Position numbers and translations under genes: made by a program. A stretch of 63,137 bases of DNA, filler included, from Reclinomonas americana ATCC 50394 (taxonomy: Eukaryota): NCBI GenBank assembly GCA_048213135.1. It is 5 parts of 2 records of this genome, joined end to end, with 100 filler letters (N's around TTAATTAATTAA, not from the genome) between each part and the next. Parts side by side here need not be neighbours in the genome. Positions count along the whole stretch, not along the records: positions 49,136 to 63,137 come from PS015574.1; 4 more parts are not named here. The stretch is one strand, 5' to 3'. Below the pieces are notes generated by a model, which was not told where the DNA came from, searched no databases, and saw only the letters and a list, made by a program, of their open reading frames with translations. Positions 55,381 to 63,137 of this stretch are shown piece by piece. The stretch's first letter is position 1; each line of letters starts with the position of its first letter.

Positions 55381-55509
55381 GCATGTTTGAGCACGTGTAC
55401 ACGGATCGTTGAGTGCCGGCGCCACCACCGCTGTGACAGATCCAAAGAACAGTGTCGTCCGTTGTACACTGCCGAGATCATCTACCCGTGTGTTGCCACG
55501 AGATCTTGC
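55381..55509. repeat. Direct repeat copy 2 (129 bp)
   Basis: Contains a relic of the TTLL10 end and the true stop of the OBG gene. Confidence 0.95.
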
Positions 55510-58500
55510 GGTTCGACTGGATGTGCAGCACAGCGCACTCCTCGCTGACTTGATCGTCTCTCCGCACGAGGCGCCGATTCGTGCCGTCCACTCGCATGCC
55601 TTCTGAACGCACAAAGTCGCCAGCCGCCATTTCGTGGTCGACCAGCCACTGGAACACGTCGCCCACGTCGGAGCCCGGCAGCATCTGCACGCAATCGCGC
55701 AACGGTGGTGGTGCAGTGGCACGTGCCGTCGAGTCCCACAGCACAGGGCGAAGACTCTCCAGATCCCCGACGGGATAGACCAGCACAGGCGGTCGTAACC
55801 TGACGGCGGCAGAAATCGCCTCGAGCACGCCAGTCGATCGAAACTTTTCTTGCACTCGTCGCGCCGACGCCAGACTCCGTTCGTCTACCGGCCTCGTCAG
55901 CCGAGTGGCGTCTACCACATCGAAAGAGGTGGCGCCGGGTACGTATCGAATGGTACCGGCGGCATGTTGTTGCTGCAACCAGGTTTCAGCAGACGCGCAC
56001 ACCGGAACGGCCGCCGATGCACCGTATGGCAGACTGGCGGCCACCGCTGCTACGTGCTCGTAGGCGCTCTCCACATCGACCTTGTTCAGGGCCAACAGCA
56101 CGGGGAAACGCACGCGCAGGAAACATGCCACTGGGGGAAAATGAATCATGGTGAGCAGCGGAGGGAAAGGAGGAGGGGCGAGTAGAGATGTACTGTACCG
56201 ATGCGATGCAGTGTGTCGGTGTCCCATTCACTGGTACTCGGTGGCAGCGCCGCCAAGCGCAGTGCATCTTCCACCAGTGCACGCGAGGCTTGATAGCCAC
56301 TGAACATGCTGTTGTGGAAAACGGCAGACGAGTCAGACGACTTTTCTCGTGAGACAAGGGGTGGCGACACGCAACTTGGGCAACTTGTCGGGATTCTTCT
56401 TGATGGCCAGCCACTTGCGTTCGACATTGCCAAAGATCCACTGATGCAGCTCCTCGTACACCCACTTGGCGTCGTCGGCGGGGCCACCACACGAAGACAG
56501 ATCGTCACCGTCAACCAGAATGTTGCCGTCGCGGTCGCTGCGGCCCGACGCGTCCACCACATGAATGAGCACGTCGGCGTCGCACAGATCGTTGAGGAAG
56601 GCGTTGCCGCGGCCACGGCCCTGGCAGGCTCCGGGAACCAAGCCAGCCACGTCCTTGACCTTGAGTGGAAGCAGTCGACGACCGTCGGGCGCGACTCCAT
56701 GCAGCGGCTCACTGCGCAGTGCGCCGGGTACGAGTGGCGCAGCCCACCTGCGCAAGGGGACGGTGAGGAACTATATCGTAAGATATTGGCACGCAGCAGC
56801 ATCGCTACTGACCACCCGGGTCCGACTGCAAAGACAGGAACACACAAGGAGGAGGACGAGGAGAAGAGCGTCAGCAATTTTCAACACATGATTGAGAGTG
56901 CGGCCTCCGTTACCATTCGGCTCAATGGTGGTAAACGGGTGCGGAGCCACCTGCGCTGCGTGTCTCCCGTCGCCGAGGAACGTCTGTGTTGCTGCATTGA
57001 AGAAGGTGCTGTGATCGCGGTACGCATGCGTGTGAGGAGGCAGGTAGGAGGCACACAGATCAATTAATCCCCTTCGCCCACCTCTTGCCGGCTGAGGGTT
57101 TGCCGACCAGACCGACCACATACGACCACGCTCCACGCCGCCGCGAGCGAGCCAGCTCCTCCGACAAGATAAACTTCTTCTCCTTGCCACGGAGAGGCGC
57201 AACAGCCTCGCCAGAGGCTGCAGCCTGCGATGACGATGCAGACGAAGGTGGAGGTGGGGGCGGAGGCGCGAGGGCCGCAGCCGCGGCGGCATCGGACGAC
57301 AGCCACTCGTTGGCCGCCATCATGGTGGCAAACACCACACCTGCACCGCCGCTGTCAATCGCCGCGGCCTCGGCCGCCTGCTGCACCATCGTCAGCAGTG
57401 CGCGCTCTTGTGACCGATTGAACACCGACATTGGCAGCGAGTGCTCAATGGAGACCGCAGGCACGACTCCGTCGTCGGGGTACATGGCCGGCATGGAGAA
57501 GCACACAAAGGCGCCGTTCTCCAGACGCACCCGCAACCGAGTGCCGGGCGGCGCACGCGGATCGCCGTGATCCACGTGCAGTTCGTCAGGGAACGTGGCC
57601 TGCAGCATCTCGATCTCGTCCAGCTGCGCCTGTGCATGTGCATCATCGGCCACTGGCGCCACCGCTGGAGTAGCACACACCACTGCCGCCGTTGCTGCCG
57701 ACGCCGACACCGAGGGCACGTCACTGGTCGAGGCCACCACGAACGCAGCGTAAATGTCGCGCTCCTGCTTGCGACGAGGGAAGCAGTGGGCACGCTCATC
57801 TGCCACACACGCCAAGTCAACGCCAAGGCAGCAGGCAAGACGCACACACACATAGCCACGCAACGACGATAGATGGCGGGATCCGAGAAGAGCGCAGCGA
57901 GTTGGAGCGAGGCATCCGGATGGACAACTGCATCCGCCTCACCAATCACATGCAACGAATGGACGCTGGCCGGCACCGATCCGTGCCACCACCGCGGCGG
58001 CATCGGCGCCCCAGCCACAATGATCCACTCCAGCACGCCCTCGCCACCAAACAAACTCGCCATGATCGCCGCCGCCTGTATCGCGCAATCAGTCACCAGT
58101 TGCAAAAAAAAGCATGCATACACGTGGACAACGCAACAGCACCGCCCGCGCTAAAGCCCACAATGCCTGCGCCGCACACCACGTCGATCACCCACCGAGC
58201 TCACGCGATCGCCATCGAACAACTACACAAGAAAAACGCACCCACAAATGGCCCCTCCTCGCGCCACACCCGCCTCGCAAACTCCACAAACACTGCGCTC
58301 TCCTCATCGCCATCGCCATCGCCTGCAGCTGCAGAGAGCGACCAGTACCCGCGACCAGCCACCTGCACACCCGCCTCTCTCTCCTCGTCGTCATAGTGTC
58401 GCGCGGCCGCCTGCAACGGTCCATCGGGGAACACACCGCGAAACGCACGTGCACCACTGCTGCGTTTGTTCACCGCACGCAGCACTGTGGGCTCCAGTCG

Positions 58501-58566
58501 ATGCCGAAACACCTCGCCGAGCTGTCCGTGCCCGTGCAGAAAGAGAATGCGCGGTAGGTCACCCAT
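55478..58566 (-). CDS. FSH1 serine hydrolase + RWD + OBG-family (Ygr210/archaeal YchF-like) GTPase fusion
   Basis: RILFLHGHGQ..GFSAGG..LHVIGEAD..AHCFP; DEIEMLQATF..FSMPAMYP; GLVGKPSAGKSTFFNA, PFTTIEPN, DVAGLVPGA, HVVDASG, LNKVD. Confidence 0.87.
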
Positions 58567-58723
58567 TCGCAAGGCGGGAAAAACGCAAAAAAAGGGCTTC
58601 GTTGTGTAAGGCACGCTGCGACGTCGCGCGGCTCTCCACAATGTCATTTGTCCGCTGCGTCACGCAACTCACTCGCTCTCGCTTAACGCGCACGCACGCA
58701 CGCACATCACACACACTGACATA

Positions 58724-60072
58724 ATGGCCTCACCACTGGGAGCTGCACAGCTGAGCGGATTGGACGAGGTGTGTTTCTTTTGCGTGTCCCAACTCGCTCT
58801 CTCTCACTCACTCATGCATTTGTGTGGTCGACAGGAGGAGCTGCAGAAGCTGTACACATGGGTGCGTGTTCTGCTGCGCTCTTCTCACACGAGTGTGTGT
58901 GCTCACTTGCGTGTGTTTTGCAACAGGTTGATGACATTCCGCTTTCACGGTGCTGTGCACGACGAAATAGCCCGTTTCACTCGCTCTCTTCACTCACACA
59001 CTCGTGCTCGCACTCGCACAGACCCAAACGCAACATTACGCGCGACTTCTCCGATGGTGGTGCGTCTTCTTTTTATTCACACAAACACACGCGCACACGC
59101 AAGAAACACTCATTTCATGTGCGTGCGCAGTGCTGATGGCCGAGGTGGTGAAGCACTTTTTCCCCAAGGTACCCCACACACGCACACGCACTGTGCTTGA
59201 CTCTTGCACGCGCATGCATGTACTCACGCGTGTGCGTGCGCTGCGGCAGATTGTGGACCTGCACAACTACAGCGCCTCGAACAGCGTCGCCCAGAAGCAG
59301 TACACTTGGACCACTGTTGCGTCCTCCCCCCCTTCCTCTTGGTGACTGGCTGGCTGCCTGGCTAGCTAGCTTGCTGACTTTGTGTCTCGCAGCTGCAACA
59401 AAAAGTGTTTCGACGAATCAACTTTGTGGTGTCGCAACAAGACGTGGACGATGTGGTGAACTGTGTGCCGGGCGCCGTGGAGCGTGTGCTGAAGCAGTTT
59501 GAGGCCAAGGTCGCCAAGTACCACGCGCGCAAGCTGGCCGACGCGAGGTTTGTTGTTGCCAACTGCACGAGCCTTGCTTGTCGTTTCTGTTGTTGACCGA
59601 GCTGTGTGCGTGGCGCAGACGTGAGGCTCTGGGTGCGGGCGCTGGTGCGAGCTCGGGCATTCGTGACCATGACGACTCACCGGGTGTGCGCCACTACGAG
59701 TCCACGGAGGGCCGATCGGCGCCTCGGTGCGTTCCTCGTTTGCGCGGGTTCTTGCGTGCTGTGTGCTGATTTTCTTGTTTTTGTGTGTTTGCCAGCTCGG
59801 GACCCAAGTACAGCGGAGCCACGTCGTTTGATCAGCACGCACTGCAGCGCGAGGTCGACAGTGAGATTTTGCTGGAGAAGGAGGCCACCATTCGTGAGCT
59901 GCGCGAGACTGTCGAGGTGTGTGCGGTGGTGTTGGACGTCAGTTTTTTTTGTTGTTGTCTTCTTTGCTCATGCAGCGCACAGATTCTCGAGGGCAAGATC
60001 AAGAAGCTCGAGCAGCTGATTAGCATCAAGGACGCGCGATTGGACGCCATCAGCAAGAAGCTGCAGGCATAA
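58724..60072 (+). CDS. SPEF1: Sperm flagellar protein 1 (CH domain + coiled coil)
   Basis: LYTW|VDDIPLSR|PKRNITRDFSDG|VLMAEVVKHFFPK|IVDLHNY..LEGKIKKLEQLISIKDARL. Confidence 0.93.
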
Positions 60073-60413
60073 GCCGCGCGGTTGTACTCTGTTTCTCTCT
60101 CATCTGCTGTCTCCTCTTTTCGCTCTTCATGTGTCGCCCCCCTCTCCTTTCCCTTAACACAAACAACAACACCACCACTCTCTTGCTCAAAAATGTGATG
60201 TGGCTCCTACGACCGCCGCGCGCGCCTGCACGCGCAGCATTACCTTTTTTTCTCACCTCACACAATGTACCTGCTACACCAACTCCCCAGAAGTCTTTCT
60301 GTGATTTTTTGACTTTTACCGAGGGCCAACACGTATGAACAGCGCAGGCAGAGCCACACTGAGCTTGCGCCCAGTGAAACCGCCACCCACATACTACTCA
60401 ACAACGTATCCGC

Positions 60414-61369
60414 TCACACATCCTGGGTTTCGCGGAGGCGGCGGATTGTGCTGCGCACAGTTGCCGATGCCGGGGTGCTGTGCAACGACAACACACAGTT
60501 ACACACTGCTGCTGCTTCACACCCTTTGGTGGCACACGAGAGCTGTGACGACGCAACTGCAGGGACCAGGCGCCACCGGCCTGGGTCTTGCCGCACGGCT
60601 TGCAGTTCCAGATGCCGACAGCGAGGCGCTTGAAGGCGTACTGTGCGTGCGTACGTGTGGCGCATAAGCCCAACAATACAGCAGCAGGAGATCCACGTAT
60701 AAACACACACAAACCTTGCCGCAGAAGTGGCAGAAGTGCTTGGCATGCGAGGTCACCTACATCAACACAGCATTCACAACGCGTCAACAAAAATCACTCG
60801 CTTCGTTCTGATTGCATCCCAGCAGAAAGAGCCAATGATCACCGACCTCCATCTTGCGTGCGCGCTTGCGCAGGTTGGCGCCGTAGCGGGTGCCGTACTT
60901 GCCGGTGATGCCGACCTACATTAACAAACAACAACACGCCTTTCAATCCACCTGTTCTCTCGAGACATGCAAGAACTCATTTCTGCATCCTCACCTTCTT
61001 TGTGCGCTTTGCCTGTTGATCATCATCATCGAGGAGAGAGGGGGGAGGAGAGAGAGTGAGCAACAAAAACAACAACGACCATGCCACCATGACACACACA
61101 CTCTCTGACACCGCACGCTCTCAACGACACACACGCACACGCGCAGAGACGATGCACAGACACGCAAAGACACAGGCGCACACGGCACGGGGACGGGAGC
61201 AAGCAAAGGGGGCGCGCGACATGTGCACATGTGTGCATGCACCACCACAACCACACTCTCTCCCAACCACAACCACACAAGTGACGCATTGCGACGCTTC
61301 CCTCTCTCGCTATCTCACTGTCTATGACACATCCACAGAGCAACAACGCAGAGCAACGCGACGAACCAT
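60414..61369 (-). CDS. RPL37A: 60S ribosomal protein eL43 (L37a)
   Basis: [30 protein letters not shown]|..[22 protein letters not shown]; the ATG alone in exon 1 (61367-61369) is inferred. Confidence 0.95.
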
Positions 61370-61766
61370 GTTCCCTCGGTGTGTGGAAAAAGTGAGTGAG
61401 TGGGACAGTGGCTCGCGCGGGCCGGATCGATCGATTTGTCACACGATCGTGAGTGGGCCCGCTCGATTTTTTGTCTGTTCTTCGTGTGCGCGCGCGCCTC
61501 TTTTGCGTGTGCAGTGTGTGTGTGTGTGTGTGTCCGATTGTCTGTCTATCCCACTCCACACTCAGCGATCGATAGAAGTAGACGCGCGTGCGTTTCCAAC
61601 ACAAGTCTCAGTGTGTGCACGAAAACAGGTCTGTTGGCACGCGTCGGAGAACGTTGTGTCTGTCTCTGTGTGTGTCTGACTTTGTGACGCACACAGCAGT
61701 GTCGTTTTTCCCCCTCCCACCACTTGCGAGTGAGCGATGAGTGCACCGGGCAACCGCACGCTGACC

Positions 61767-63071
61767 ATGAGCGATTTGGGATCGCCTCGACCGGTACGCA
61801 TCGATGCGAAACACGGACCTCTCTTCCCATTTTTCTCACTCTCACTCACTCATGTTATAGGTGGTGGGCACAAGTGCAACCTCGGCGTCGAGTGCGACGA
61901 CAGCGACGGCCGCTGCAGCCTCGGCGCTGGCACCGCCGGCCGCCGCCGCCCTGAATGATCTGCAGTCGAAGCTGCGCTCGCTGCAGAGCTTCAACCAGAA
62001 CTTCCAGAACCTCAAGCGCATGAGCTTGTCTGAGCAGCAGCAGCAGCAGCAGCAGGCAACAGCAGCCGCACCGCCACCATCAACAGCAGTTGCGTGCACA
62101 CTCAGCATGTGAGGATTGGTGGATTCTCGCTCACACACACACACGCACACAGAGTGTTCGCTTCGTGGACCCTGTCGGTGCGGGTGGTGCGGCGGCTGGT
62201 GGTGCAGGCACGTTCCGATTGCCACCGGTGCCTGAACCTCTGCCGCCACTGCCGCGTTATGTGTCCGGTGCAGGCGGTGCCGCACCGCGGATGCAGTCTC
62301 CCGACCCTGTGCTGCCGTTCTCGGCGACACCGGACTCGATGATGCTGGGCGATTTCTCGCGACCAGCCACCACCACTACGACCACGGCGACCTCTGGCGC
62401 CAGACCAGCGCCGATGGAGCCGGCGCGCTTGCCCGATCGCGGTGCCGAGCCGCCTTTTACGGCGTCTCGTGTACCGCTGGTGTTTGGCAGCACCGGTGCG
62501 GCGGTGCCGGCTGCGACGGCTGGCGATCGTGTGCCACCGTACTTGGCCGCCGACGACTCACTGGTTCGTGAGAATGAGAGATTACGCGCTCGTGCCGAGC
62601 GTGCCGAGCGTGAGCGCGATGCCTTCAAGGCCACCATTGAGTCCCTGGAGGAGCGCAAGCGAGCTCTGGAACAAAAGGTGCGTGTGTGTGTGTGTGGTAC
62701 ATGAAGGTCAGCGGTTTGTCGTTTTCCCACCCCCGCTCACTCGCAAGTCTCTGCCGTAGGTGATGCGACTGGAGGAGGAGCGTCTGCGGATGGATGGCGG
62801 AAGGGATTTCGGGTTGGATGGCGAGGAGCGCACACAGAATCTGCGTGTATACGAGGAGCTGCAACGGGAGCGCTCGTACTACGAGAAACTGTATGTGGAC
62901 ACGAGTGGCAAGGCCAAGCTGCTCGAGCTGGAGGTGGAGCAACTCAAGTCACAGCTGGGCGCCATGCAGGGCGCACGCCGCTCGCTGCAGGTGGCCGCCA
63001 CTGACTTGCAAGGCGAAATCGACCGCATCACTACCGACAAGCGCTCGCAGATTGACTCGCTGCAGGCCGAG
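61767..63071 (+). CDS. Coiled-coil protein, 3' partial, unidentified
   Basis: Spliced open frame with Q/P/A-rich N-terminus followed by heptads (RENERLRARAERAERERD..LELEVEQLKSQL). Confidence 0.6.
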
Positions 63072-63137
63072 GTCCGTGCTCCTCCTCCCTTTTCCTCCCT
63101 TCACCATCCTCTCGTGTCTCACACACAACCTCCGCCC

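Noticed and set aside
26515..60072. Cluster of ciliary genes (LRRC9, Sfi1-like, TTLL10, SPEF1)
   Set aside because: They lie on three different scaffolds; only TTLL10 and SPEF1 are linked, which is unremarkable in a flagellate.
61014..61366. Possible intronic snoRNA in the long first RPL37A intron
   Set aside because: No convincing C/D or H/ACA box arrangement seen; a covariance search would be needed.

Overview
This is a compact, very intron-rich eukaryotic genome, probably from a flagellated protist (SPEF1, LRRC9, Sfi1-like and TTLL10-like genes), using the standard genetic code. The window is five separate scaffolds joined by artificial 100-nt spacers (44N-TTAATTAATTAA-44N at 13072, 32896, 35623, 49080), and it also has internal gaps and read-end noise beside (CT)n tracts. 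About 22 genes can be rebuilt by hand-splicing: two convergent plant-type catalases, a secreted thioredoxin-fold protein, ADPRM, an intronless DUF4286 gene, an NB-ARC/STAND ATPase, an AIG1/ADTRP-like gene, an atypical Rab-like GTPase with three PFU-like repeats, a Loa1/Vps66-like acyltransferase, LRRC9, Elongin C, a V-ATPase Ac45/Voa1-like gene, an Sfi1-like gene, SUV3, AP-3 sigma, a mitochondrial carrier, an NlpC/P60-TTLL10 fusion, an FSH1-RWD-OBG GTPase fusion, SPEF1, RPL37A and unknowns. The strongest signal is a two-class 5' splice-site system. Ordinary donors are mostly G|GTNCGY or G|GTGAGY, while more than 30 introns use a one-base-shifted H|GTTNCGY donor, almost always after an exon that does not end in G. 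Also notable are a peptidase fused to a tubulin glycylase (a possible writer-eraser) and a 1.3-kb insert flanked by a 130-bp duplication of the shared 3' ends of two convergent genes. All gene models and domain calls are by eye; no searches or transcript data were used.
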